Assembly: GCA_051942205.1 (NCBI GenBank)
Contig: JAVECO010000007.1
Location: 124,001 to 188,000, forward strand
Reading direction: 5' to 3'
Source of the DNA: Coniocarpon cinnabarinum
Lineage: Eukaryota
DNA: 64,000 bases
Below, piece by piece: positions 22,988-35,716 of the stretch; the first letter of the stretch is position 1; every line of letters begins with the position of its first letter. Made by a program: the position numbers and the translations under genes. The notes under the pieces are model-generated. The model did not search any database and was not told the DNA's origin. It worked only from the letters and a program-made list of their open reading frames with translations.

Positions 22988-25205
22988 TATCTGCAAGGGA
23001 CATCAGCATATTGTGCCTTCTGAGTCTCGAAGTTGGCTAGGCATTCAAGATGCCATGGCCATGAACAAGGAGCAAGAGCAGATTGTGTTGTCGTGCCGCT
23101 CAAAAAGACTGAGAACGCAACGGCGACTGAAGAGATCTATGAGATTGTGGATACTAACTGAGAGTGTGCGGTACTGTAGTTGGGAATGCTGAAAATGACT
23201 ATGTCAGTCCAGGTTTGAAGCACTTCCACGCCGGCCATACGCTGCAAAAGCAGCTGTGGTACTGTGGCAATTTGTGGATTCCACGATTCCTATGGTACTA
23301 ACATGGGTCTGTGATTGCTGTTGGAAGCGTTGACAACCTTTAGAAACGACGAAGTCAGCGCACGTTCAGAGCAACAGCACTCTGCAGCCAAGCCCGCGCT
23401 GCAAGAACGACGGCGGCATTGAGGCCAAGCAGGGGTTGCGTCACTTTCACGTACTGGTTTGGAAGCTGCTGTAGCTGTGATCGTTGATGTCGACGTGTGT
23501 GGGACTTGTTGGCAGATTTGACTGATGATCGAAAAGTATGAGGGCACCAAGGAACGCGACCCTGTCAGAGTCTAGGAAGAGCGCAAAGTACACCTTCAGG
23601 GTTATGTAGGCCCAGGAAAGACTGATGGTGGCTGCAGCACGTTGTTGAGGAAGTTTGAAAGCGAGAACTGCGCTGCGGAAGTGAAGATAGCGACACCGAA
23701 AGGAACTAGTCGAGGGTCCAAGCCGCGAGTTGGGCCATACATCGCATATTCCAAGAAAGGGGATTCCGCGAGCAATGACGTCCTCAGCCACATGGACACA
23801 CTGCAGAGACAAGCACCAAGCGTACTGCCACCGCTGATTGACTGTGAGGGTAGCATGGGCACACGAGAAGAGAGACCCGACTCGGGTTAGAGAGCCCACA
23901 TCCATAGCGGAGACAGACATCAAGCCGGCCAACAAGTAGTGGGTTGGAGGACCACCGATCGCTTCACAGACCAGAGAACCGAACAAGCCAGAGCCTCGAG
24001 AAGCTGGCCTTGATAATGATACAGTAAAGACTGTGATCCCTTGAAGCCACAGCGCACTGGCAAGGCATCGAGTAGGATGAAAAGTCTGCATAGACAGAAC
24101 ACCTGCACCAAGAACTAAGGACAGGCCACTAGGCAGCGCATGATGAAGACAGATGCTGGAAACGATGCCAACCATCACTAACATTTTGAACCAGCTAGGA
24201 GAGCTCCAAGATTGATAGGATACGACTACCGGATCATACTGTTTTTCTCCTAGATCGGTCTCTTTGACCCCAAGCACATAAACCTGAGGGAGCGACTTAG
24301 GGAACTATCAAGAGCAGATCATCAAGGTCGCGGACCACATCCGCGTAAAGTCCAGATGCGCTGCATGTGTGTTACAGCTCAGTGATCCATTTTAGAGGAA
24401 GGCGGTACATTGACCAGAAAGCCATCAACTGATACACCGGATATGAGCAAGTCCGAGGGGGGAAACCAAGACCAGTCGACCAACGGAGTAGAGAGATATA
24501 GCACCCTACAAGCTCGTTTGATTAAGAACATTCAGCCGCAGCATTAGCTAATGAGTACTATAAGATGTAGAGGTCAATGCTAACTCGGAGGCTGCATGCG
24601 TGCAAGCAGACAAAAGCCATAGTGATAAGCTTTAAGCTCAGATCTTAGCTTGCACGCAGGAAAAGCATGTCGGTTCGTTATACGAGGTCCCAAAATGCCC
24701 AGGGAACAAATGCCAGAAAAGCCAGGGCCACAAGACACACGCAGCTTTCGTCAAGGGCTCTGGAAAACATCTCGCACCACTATCCGCCAGTCTCGACAAC
24801 AAATGAGGACATTTACATGGACAGTAATGCAGGTCAACCAAATCAAGAAGACGACATGCAGTGGTAAGGAGGCGCAGACGCTTAGCTGAACCCGGAGGTG
24901 CCATCACCACATTCCCCAATGCGCTCCCGCCGAGGACAACGGCTCTCCCTCGGTCTTCCTCGGTGGCACGCGTTCCTCAGTCGCTGCGGCGAGGGATTAT
25001 GCGACACGATGAAATACATATGACAGGATTGCAGGTCATTCGGAATACACGAAGCGCCAGAAACTTTGCCACAGAAATGGACAGTGCTACTTGATGTCAG
25101 GTTTCCGCGCATTGCACAGCAGACACTGGAAATACTTCCCAAAGATGAATCCAAGCGTATGTTGGCATGTTTGAGTCGTATTTTTCTTGATTCTGTCTAT
25201 GCAGG

Positions 25206-28130
25206 TCACCAGAGGACGAAGCCGCTGGCGTTCGCATTGTACCAAGGGCGAAGCGGCGCCTGTGCTTCCCACTTTGCAGCCTCGGCGAACGGATCGCCAC
25301 CCAGCGGTGAAAGTATGTTCAGGCTTAACGATATCTGTCCATACAAGTTCCAAGCTACAGGACTGCGATAGCCTTGCGAGCTCTCAACAAGCCTTTCTAG
25401 CCTTTGATGCACCTCTGCTTTTGCTCGAACACTTTCTGATGCATTTTCGCCTTGGTGCTCGCCCCTGGATCGCTCATCCATCAAGAGCTGACACAGCCCG
25501 ACTGTCGCGTCGTGGTGGCATGGGTCTTTGTTCAGTGCATCTCTATACAGGGCTGTTGCCCTCTTCGTGGCCGCGGCACTTGGTTCACCCAGCTCGCGCC
25601 AAAGGTCTCGCGATTCCATAGATGCAAAGGGCTCGCGAGGAGCGCTGCTTCCAATGACAAGAGCGTCAGCTTCGGCGCAGAGCACGTCCGCGCGCAATTG
25701 CGACATATCCCGTACCAACCCACAGCCAAGAGCAGGCATTTGCTCCGGGAAGCCGTTGGTGGTTTGAACAGCCTTATTTTGGCGAGAGCTCTCGTCACGC
25801 AAGTGCACAAGCCGTGCAGCTGCCTGCGCAGCGTCCAAAGCCGCCTCCCGGTCGCCATGAGTTGCGGCAAGCCTCGATGCAAGTATCCACACAGCGACCA
25901 GTGCAGCATCTCGGTAAAGCGCCTCGACTGAGCCTTTCAGCAAGTATGTCCGTGGTGGTTGTACAACGCGCGCTGCTGTCGAGTTGCTTGAAGGCTTGTG
26001 CCCCTCAACAGGCGCAGAGTGTGCGACTCGAGTAGGTTCAGTAGGCTGCGGTATTCTCGTCAGCACGGAAACCTTATAAACCGCGGACGAAGAAGGTAAG
26101 GTCCTATATAACTAGACTGGTGTAAATTAGGAACTTAGTAGTGCATGTATGTGACGGCACAGACAGTATTTCCATTTAGTCACGCTGCCCATGCTGTGCC
26201 AATGGATTACGATGATTTGGCTGTGTGTGCTGGACGCTGAGTGAGATAATCGCCGAGACTTACCGATCTCTTGTCTTGTTTAGGGGGCTGCTCATCATGC
26301 TTGATGGGTGGATGAGCACCGTGCTTTGGTAGATTGTGTGGTACCTCCGGCAGTGTACCACCAAATACACCCTGCTGCCTGACCTTCTTCTCGCGGCGAT
26401 GGCGCGAAACGATGTTTCGAATGCTTCCACGGCTTTTGGGAGGCTGAGAAGATGCGCCGACTCCTGCTGCAGGATACTGTTCAGTTGGCGTATCAACAGG
26501 CCCGAACAACCTTGCGAGCAGAGCAAACAAGCCCTGGCAATAGTTGCTCGCATAATTGCTGCTTTCGTAGCAGATGCCTGACAAGATCGTTAAAAGGCAA
26601 GCCTGTTCAACAAGTCCGAGTTTGTGGTGAATGTCCAGGTCGTATCGTATATCGAGCACTTCAGTCGAGTCCTCTTCGTCGGGGTACACCAGAGCATCCA
26701 ACGATTCAGAGAGTCGCTCAAGCAAGTATTGTCGCTCAGACGAGTCCTTAGGAGCGATTGCGTGGAGCTGCACACAAGCCGTCATTATTGGTGTTGTGGA
26801 AATCAAGCTTGGCCGACATCTCAGAATACCTAGGGATGATAGGTCTGGTTGTGCGCCCCTCTTCAGCGAAGCCAAATCTAGTGCCCCTACATTGACGCAG
26901 AGTGCTAGTGCTGTATTCAAGGCATGTTCAGCAAGTTCCAGCTGCCCAACCCCCAGGAGCGAGAGCGCCGCAGCATAGAGACGTTCCAAATGGTCCTCAG
27001 ACAAATAATCCGATGGTCTATCTGCCAAAGACTCTCGCAACAATCGGCTGTTCAGAAAATAATCCAAAGCAGCTCGAAACAGTTCATCTGGATCGTGCTG
27101 TGCGGATTTGTACATAGCACAAGTGGCGCAAGCAATTCCAATCCCTCGAAGGCTACGCTCACCGTCAGTCTCCCATAGGTCACAAATTTGCACGTCTGCA
27201 TGACTCACGCATCTATGACGCTTGGAGTTCTGAATCTGGCATCTGAGGCGTCTTGCGACATGTATTGGTCAATGGACAAGAAATCGAAACTCTGGTCCTC
27301 TTGATCCCGAGGTCTTGACGCAATAAGTGTACCGTCTTGGAGCCATTTATGCATCAGCTTGGCAATAGAGAGAGCTTTGGCACTATTGGTAGGCGACGAA
27401 AATCTGCAAAGTAATCTGATAGACTCAGTAGCGAGCTCCAAGACAAAGTCGTCGTCGTTTTTTGTTTCAATCATGTCATTGTGCTGAGACTCGATCTTTA
27501 CACCATTTTGATATTGGAAGAGGTAGCCCTCAAAGTCTCTAGTGGCAAGATTGACCTGGCCTAGACACGAGTGGACAAGGAAAAGTAGTCGGTAGATGGT
27601 CAGAGATAGCCTAGTATGGACTTGTGCGTAAAGCAATGTCTGCAGAAACGTCAATGGGACACACCACTCGATCACTCCTGACTGACCTGTACGATTGTGT
27701 TGCCAGTATCGGCCAGCGTGTCGCCACTGACTGACTTCCTCCAAAACTTGCTGGAGATCAAACTAGTCCACGTTTTTCCCACCTCGTGTAGAAGTTGCTG
27801 CACGGCGACATCGTCAGGATTCCCGCCATCATTATCCCGCGCTTTTTCGGATGAAAAACTGTTCTGGACTCCATTTAAGGCCGCGCGGAATGCTGTAACA
27901 ATGTCCAAAGGAGAGGAACCTGGTCTCGCGGCGCTTGGGGTGTCAGAGCTGTGGACTGGGATAGCAGGTTAGCGGCAAAGCATTTAAATTACGACTTAGA
28001 GGGGTACTTACGTACTGCCAGAGCTTCATTGAACGATTCGATACTGAAAGAAGTGTTAATTATACGCTGGTACGTGTCTATCTCCGAGTGCCTCGACGCA
28101 AGATCATTTTGTATCTGCTGCCATTCTCAG
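25206..28130 (-). CDS. Divergent YPP1/TTC7-like (fungal 'filamentation protein Rhf1') TPR-scaffold protein; multi-exon, start uncertain
   Basis: ORFs 27672-27908, 27205-27744, 26207-27208 and 25206-26066 are linked by GT-AG introns. IYRLLFLVHSCLGQVNLATRDFEGY, DDDFVLELATESIRLLCRF, ALNKDPCHHDATVGLCQLLMD and the terminal GYRSPVAW...EAQAPLRPW resemble the family as I recall it. Confidence 0.6.
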
Positions 28131-28600
28131 TCATGCTCCCACGCGTTTGAGGTAGTACACAGGAAGCTGGACTTTGCTCAAAACGCACTGGGTGGAACAT
28201 GTCCCAACGTCGTGAAGGAATGGCGAACTTAGTCAAAGGACATGCTTGCCTGCCTCCTATTGGACCGTGTTTTCGAGGGAGGACCTATGACCGTTTGCTG
28301 CAAATCGTGCGGACCCAGAAAGATCAATGTTGCGCCTGATAAAGAGGCTGTGTGAACTCGCTTTCACAGATTGTGCAAGCTAGCAATGGCCCATTGGACT
28401 CGTTGTAGCAAGGTCTCCCACCACTGATGCTGACAATTACCTAATCAGGAGGTATATGATACCGCACGTTGCCCAGGAGCGAGGTGCAATGCACTCTTCC
28501 GTTCTCGCCTTGCCACTCGTGACGATGTGATATCCAACAAGATGTTGTCTTGATCGTGGCGTCTGAGGCGAGCCGTTGACAGGAGGATTGAGTGTGCAGC

Positions 28601-29813
28601 ATGCCGTCTCCAAGCCCTAACCCGGTCAGTCGAGAGCATCCAAAGCTCCACTTACCATCGAGTTGTGACCCCCCTGGAGAAGACAATCCAGCGCAGCAGG
28701 TAGTATGGATCATTTTCGGGGCGACAGGTCACATAGGTCGTTCTTTGACTCGCGCTGCTCTTTCACATGGAGACAAGGTAACTGCGGTGGGGCGAGCCCA
28801 AGATAACACCAGATCTCAGATGCAGGGCTGGCATGACAATTGCCACGGCATGCTCTGCGACGTTCGATTGCGTGAGACGGTCGACGAAGTCATCAAAGAT
28901 ACTGTCAGACATTGGGGGAAGATCGATGTGATAGTTAAGTATGGTCTCTCACCAGGCTCTTATAGAACATTTGGCTGGATCTGACACGGGTAATTTTAGC
29001 TGCACTGGCTATGGTAAGGCATCTGTCTCTGAATTGCTCGCATGTCGCCTGTCCTAACCACCACTGAAAGGGGTTGTTGCTGCTGCTGAGGACCAATCTG
29101 AACAGGACCTTAACAGCCAATTCGAAACCAATTTTTATGGTACTCTCAATATCTTGCAATTGTCCTTGCCCTATTTTCGCACAAATAGAATTCAAGGTCG
29201 CTATCTCATCTTCAGCTCGACAGCAGGTGCATTAGGTGTGCCTGGTCTTTCCGGTTATTGTGCCACTAAATATGCTGTTGAAGGTCTTATCGAAAGTATG
29301 CTGTATGAAGTCCATTTCTTTGGCATCAAAGTCACTTTAGTAGAGCCTGGACATGTACGCAACGACGATGTGGAGAGCGACATCATCCTTCCCGATACTG
29401 CTTCTCAGGAACTACAATCTATATCAGGGTCGACAGGTCGTGCTGTCAAACACTACGGTCACTTTGCTGTCAAGCCTAACCCTTCCCCACCTTACAACAA
29501 TCCTACATCCCCATCTGGTCACGCGAGACGTGTTTTCCAGTGGCTCGACACCAATCAGCCTACCTCAGCCATCCGCGTCGCTGAGCTAGTCTGGCAATTA
29601 GCACATTGCTCGTATCCACCACTCCGATTGCTACTTGGCAACTATGCAGTGGAAAGCATCAGAGATAGGTTGAAATGCGTCACAGAAGAAATCGAGGATT
29701 GGAAATTTCTCAGCTTCCCCGCAGATATAACGAAAGACGCCAGCAGCACTGGCGGGCGAAAAAAGAGTGAACAAAGCCCCTCGGCAAGTGACAGCGAAGA
29801 ACTCGAAGACTGA
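28601..29813 (+). CDS. Short-chain dehydrogenase/reductase; two introns flanking a 14-nt micro-exon
   Basis: WIIFGATGHIG Rossmann motif, GKIDVIVNCTGYG across the micro-exon, SSTAG, catalytic YCATK, VTLVEPG, PPLRLLLG. Confidence 0.9.
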
Positions 29814-32800
29814 GAGTCAGCAGCGTGGTATTACTCGTCTACAGTACAAGCGCATCAAGTTTGAGCCGAGTTTAAGCACGCAGCAATCCTCGACAGTCAA
29901 TGACGGAATTGGCAATGTATCCCCAACAAGCTTTAGATCGATCATGTTGCAACGGGCGCATACACAGCATTATTGTTAGTTCAAAAGGTTGGAACATTCG
30001 AGTAAGCTCAAGTACAAGCCTTTAAGATCAGGCTCTCCGAAAAAAAAAAATGATATCTTGCCCCACTGACTGCGGAATGTATGGACTCGAGTATTCCCTT
30101 GATTGGTAGGTAAGAGAAGCGCACGAGTCAGAAATAATTTTCGTATTTGTGCCTCGAGTATCTCAGAGAGCGCGCTTGACCATCCTTGGCGATAAAATTC
30201 ACCTGCATGATTCGTGTGCTGCACTTCTGCCTCCTCGCCGTCCTGAATAAAACACACGGGGTGACTCTACATTTTCAATCTTTCTGACAAGCAACTCGAC
30301 CTCACTGCAACATCCACAACCTTGACTTGGACTGGATCCAGACCAATGGTGCGTCCGCCGCGATGCGACCTTGGAAGACCCTATGGAGTCACAACACATT
30401 CGCAACCTTCCTGACTGCTCACATGCGTCCCCACAGACCTCTTCCTCTCTAGTCGGTCATCCCATCAATGTCTGCACTATGCCGGTCTCCTTTCACTTCC
30501 TCATCGACTGTGAGGGCACTCAGTGCGAGTGGTTTGGTGCCTATCATATCGAGTCATCGCGGGCCTGAAACCATCTACCACCACTTCCCCATATGACTCG
30601 AGAACTTTTCCTGGTCGCGAGGGTTATCACAAGAGCAGCTCGAGTCCCCGTCTCGTGGGAGCCGCAACCACAGGAGCTCGAATGTCCCGGAGGCAATCCG
30701 TAGAAGCTCCACCATGATCCCGAAGAAGCTGTGAAAGGCTTCGCTTCGAAATCGTGCCGTTGAGCACAAATCTGATCAATCTGCGCGCTTGAGTACAACC
30801 CGACAGCGAGGCAGCTCAAACGGCGCCGTCACAAGCAGGATCAGCGATTGGAAGCGCAGCAGCAGCTTAAGGATCAAGCAACAATGCCGACGACTTTCTT
30901 GAAACCAATAGAGAACCCCTCAAGGGATTCAGCGCATGCATATCATCCGAGGAATGATGCTGCAGCTTGGCCTACGATCAGGCAAGGACAAGCGTGTAGA
31001 CCATTGTGAAGGACCAATCCATTCATCGGAAGAAGCACCTAGACCGTTATTGAGGGCAAGATCCATGCGCTCGCCTACAGCTGAGGCTTCAACAACTACC
31101 CAACCTGATTGAGTCAAGCCGCCTTCCTGGGATACAGCTCTTACAAGGAAGACGACCGAAGTGATCCCTTTCGAAGCTAGCAGGGCTCCAGTCCCGGGGG
31201 TTCCTTCCTGATTTCACGCATTACACGGCTTCAGACTCCTCGATCCTCTCGTTCTTAGGTCGTCAGGTCTTGAATTAAATCGTGGCGAGCCTACATATAC
31301 TCATTGCTTGAAGCAAGGAGTGCCCCCTACACAACCGCCTTCAACAAGGGGAACACTAACAGAACCGCTTGATCTGCGTCTGAACTAATGACAGTAACGG
31401 CTTTGCTCAGTACAGTAAAGGCGCCGTCGTGCGCTCGAGAGACCGCTCCCAGGATGATCATCGGATGACCTTTCCGACCAACACCCTCGAGGGGACACAC
31501 TGGAGCCTGTCAACCTTCACTTTCAACGAATTCAAAGTCACGGTCGTAGCATTCACGCGTACCCCGAGGGAACATCCCATCATCGCTGCGGCGGATCTCA
31601 TCCACTGCACGGCTTACTCCGCACATTTGTGTCTCCCCCAAACGAGCCCACATCCGGAGTGAGCTTCCCAAAGTATCCGGCTCTCTGACAGAGCATACCA
31701 AGAAACCAGCACCCAAGGCTTGGGGACCTGTGGCGACTGTTGACCCTGTGCGCCATCGCTCTCGTTACATCCCTCAGATAATCATGAGCTCGAGTCTTGT
31801 TCGTCAGAGCTTTAGCAGGGCATTCCAACCATGGCTCAGCAACCAAACGGAGATGCCGCGACCATCGTTATAGGACTTTCAACTTGTGCCTTGTCTGCAA
31901 TGTCAGGCTTCGGACAGCCAGTCCAGGCATAAGCGCTATGAATACAACCAACCACCGGTTTCTTGAAGACCCGTGCTCCACAGAGAAAGCTATGTGTACT
32001 GTCCAACTTGGGCAGTGAAGAAGCTACCCAGCAATCCTATGGATCAGTAGTACAACTCTGTCGAGGAATCTAGTCCGCTGAGGACTGCCAACTCGACTTC
32101 GTGCGACTTCATGCGACTCGACTAGGTGCGCTTCGCTGACACACACTTCTCTGAGGAGCTTCATACGAGCTCATAGCGCACAATACCCACGAGGTTCGCT
32201 TCTTAGCACCTTGCAGCCTGGGATGCTGCAGTGTGGAAGCAAGGCGAGATCCACCGCGTATCAGCACAACCACCGCGCCTACGCACTCAGATCGAGAATT
32301 TGTTATCCACAGTACAGGTCTTGGATGAGGCGAAGAAATCCCGCGACTTGCCTGATCGCAGCGACGTCAGCAGCCAGCAAAGGGACACGTGTTCAGCGCT
32401 CGCCGGTAGTTGTTTCCGTAGATTACAACCCAGTAGCTGAGGCACTCGTGAGCGGTCTGCTCGTTCTCGGTGAAGCGACAGCCACGCATCGAGGATTGGC
32501 TTGGATCTGGATCCGCTGATAGGTGAAGCACCTCTGGACTTTCCAACCGTGAGCTTGAAGACCTCATGCAAGGACGCCTGGCAGCAATCCCAACTGCGTA
32601 CCTTGGATCTAGAATCCTGGAAATCGAGAGGCGGATCGAATCTCAGCATAGCGCACGCAGAAGCCAGAGACGTAGGACGCCCTTTCACAGCCGCAATTCT
32701 CGACATTCTGCACTTGCTTCGAATCGTGGAGCGGCAATCACATGAGGAGAAACACCAGCTAGGTGTACTTGAAGTACCCTTGGCGGAGAATGTGTTGGCT

Positions 32801-34285
32801 TCGAGTCCCGGAACATGGTGAAAGAGCACAAGACATCAAGCAACTTCTCGAACAGGCTGCGAGGGGTGTCAAGCATCCCTTTAATGCTCGCTCCCAGCCT
32901 CCTCTTTGATGCCGACGGATGTTGAGCCATGCTCTGTGGTGATTGCGGTACACGTCTGCATGAGCCGACAGTCAAGAAGCAAATTGATGTCGTGATGCAA
33001 GGGACAGTGGAGTGACCTCGCTCCCAAGAAAGGTCACGTGGCCAGCCCATTAACGGCATGTTTCAGACCGTTGAGGCAAAGTTGAAGACAGAGTCCACTG
33101 TGTGACTGACTAATTGTTCTCTTGACGTTGCCGGCCAGGACGTGGAAGCAGACACGAGTTTGAATGAGATGGTCTTGTGAATCCGCGACTCACCACACCG
33201 CTCACGAGCGCCTTGTCATACCTCGGGTCTGCACCGGATCGGACCCCCAGAAGCTATGCGTCGCCCAGCTTGAAGCTGGAGACAGTGGCCTTCAGCAGAA
33301 GAGTCAGCAACACTGCCCCTTCTTCTTCGGACTACGGAGGAACAGAGTGACCGAGTTCCTTCAACAATGCCGCCAGGTGAGTGGCTGGGGCCGGGGCTGG
33401 GACCATCTCTCATCTCGCCAAGCACAATCGACCTCAGCTTGCGATCTCCAAGGCGGCGCGAGTGGCGCGAGTGGCGGTGGGAAGGGCGCCAGGCCAGCAG
33501 TCAGGGTCCTTCGCCCCACAATCTGAGGTGACCCTTGTGGTGCCTGCCTGGTTATACATGCACGTGACACCCTACCCTCAACCAGATCTTCGCACCAGGT
33601 CTCCACCGCCCCAGCTCGTGCTTGACCGCTTCACCCACTCCTCACCGCCTTCCACCACCACGAAAGGAACGGCACGTGCTCGACCCCGTTTCAAGTCTCG
33701 ATAGAAGACCCCAATCCCCATTGGCAGCTTTGGACGGCTCAGCAAGAGTTGCGCCTTTTGGGAGAAGCATGCCTGTTTGACACATCCTGACCCACACGGT
33801 GTTTGACCCTACCTGACGACTTGGCGCGGTCCTTGGCAACGTTTTCTTGAAGAACAGCGTCAGTTATGACTCCTGCCGTCTCCGGTCTCCTTTGAAGACC
33901 GTGATTTCGAATGGCAGCTCTGGATGGCCAGGAATTCCGACAGCTTGTAGTTTTGCTCGGAAAGGTTTCCTCCCGGAAAACCATCCGTGATGTCCCAGGC
34001 TGCGAGTTCGGCACAGTAGCTCCATGAGGCTGCTCTCCGTCAGCAGTTCAAGGGGTTTCCCAGGGAGCAGACTTCAAGTCAACGACCCCCGAGGGGTCTT
34101 GGAAGAAGCCACCAGAGGTCACACCTGAGTCGTGGCAAAGGAATTGGCAGCTGTGAAGGAAGTCATCAACCAGCAGGGGCGTCGAGACCATCATCAAGGG
34201 CAAGATCCATTCGCAAGGCTGCAACCCGTCACGTCTACATTCAAGACCCGGTGTGACTAAAAATCCTGAGCGAGCCAACTCAGGG

Positions 34286-34490
34286 GAGCCACAGTCTGCA
34301 TCCGGTATGACTGTCAATACTGAGCGAGGTGCCACAGCCTGCGTCCGGTATGACTGTCAATACTGAGCAAGGAGCCACAGCCTGCATCCGGTGTGACTGA
34401 TAGTGCCGAGGAAGCCCATCCAGCAGAGCCACAGTCTGCATCCGGTGTGACTCAGGAAGCTCCTTCTGCAGAGCCACAGTCTGCATCCGA
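34286..34490. repeat. Minisatellite, 5 copies of core G(A/T)GCCACAG(T/C)CTGC(A/G)TCCG with periods 43, 43, 54, 45 nt
   Basis: Cores start at 34286, 34329, 34372, 34426, 34471. Confidence 0.9.
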
Positions 34491-34978
34491 GGGCCAATCT
34501 GTTCGTGTCCTTTGGCGCATGCTTCGCGGCACATCGATTCTGGAAAGTCTACGATTGTCCGAAAGCCCGTTGAGGCTGCCTCGCAACCGCCGCGAATGAC
34601 GCCACCAACGTCAGGATAGCGAGCGTTGTGGCCGCCAGTAGTGCGAGCATAGCAAGCTCACGACTGAGCTGCGCGTGGTTCTGACCCGACAGTGTGCGTC
34701 AAAGCACTCGTGGGCGGAAAACGCGATCCGAGGAACTGTTGTACACGCGCAGCACCACTTAGGGAAGAAGTCCTTGAGACTTCTGGATCGCGATATTGCT
34801 GTATAACGAAGATGCAGCGGTCGCAGGCTGGACCTGCACCAAACACCGCGAGTAATCGCAGATCGCTTGATGAGAGCATTGCACGCCATTCCCACAAATC
34901 CTCCTCCAAAGGGACTGTCCACCCTGCAATTCCTCGACCGTCACATCAGATGTCACTAACACTTGCTCGACGGAGAAA

Positions 34979-35160
34979 CGGGGCACAAGACTCTAAGGAG
35001 GGCAGGATTCTATCAGGATGGGACAAAACTCAGAGAATGACAGAATTCTATAAAGATGGCACAAGACTCAGAGGATGACAGAATTCTATAAAGATGGCAC
35101 AAGACTCAGAGGATGACACAAGACTCAAAGGATGGCACAAGACTCAAAGGATGACACAAA
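34979..35160. repeat. 19-nt minisatellite, about 9.5 monomers, partly as 38-nt A/B dimers
   Basis: A=GATGGCACAAGACTCAGAG, B=GATGACAGAATTCTATAAA; order ABABABAAA plus a partial unit. Confidence 0.92.
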
Positions 35161-35716
35161 GAACTTTAGCGATTACTTTAGCCTTTTAATACATCTAATC
35201 GTTATCTAATGTCTTTGACATGCATGTGAGAGTCGTCTTAATTGTGCAAAAGATTCAACCTTCAGAGCATGCTTTTGACTACATGTCAAGCTCTTGAGCC
35301 AGACACAGAAGCATTCGCAAGCGTACTATAAATTAGCCATACATATCCAAGCGTTGTACATGCTCTCTTCCGGTTACATCTTCTCAATAATGCATAGGCC
35401 AACCGTGGTTCAGACATTGACTTTGAACAGTGCAATGACAGTCTATTTGAAGTCCTCGTAAAGTTTCACTCGTATCAAGAATGACGCGAGCGATTTTGTA
35501 ACGCTCTAAGTACTAGAGCAATTCTGTCGCTGCAGAGAGGATAGGTTGATCTCATATACCATAATTATAAGGCATAAAATGCATGACTCATAACGCGCGC
35601 GTTTCCATCCGTCGAGGTTCGAAGGCCAAATGCCAGTGCCCTGCAGCTTTGCTGGATGCCCATGCCAATGTAGTATACAAATCTGAGACCACCAACAGGT
35701 GGTGCACGCCGATAGA

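Noticed and set aside
23447..24277. 276-aa hydrophobic ORF
   Set aside because: GTG start, no recognisable motif or codon bias; cannot be supported as a gene.
24667..24867. 66-aa ORF ending at a GTAAGG donor-like site
   Set aside because: No convincing branch site, acceptor or second exon found.
34286..34490. Repeat-spacer pattern resembling a CRISPR array
   Set aside because: The spacers are related to each other and of uneven length, there are no cas genes and the context is eukaryotic; it is a minisatellite.
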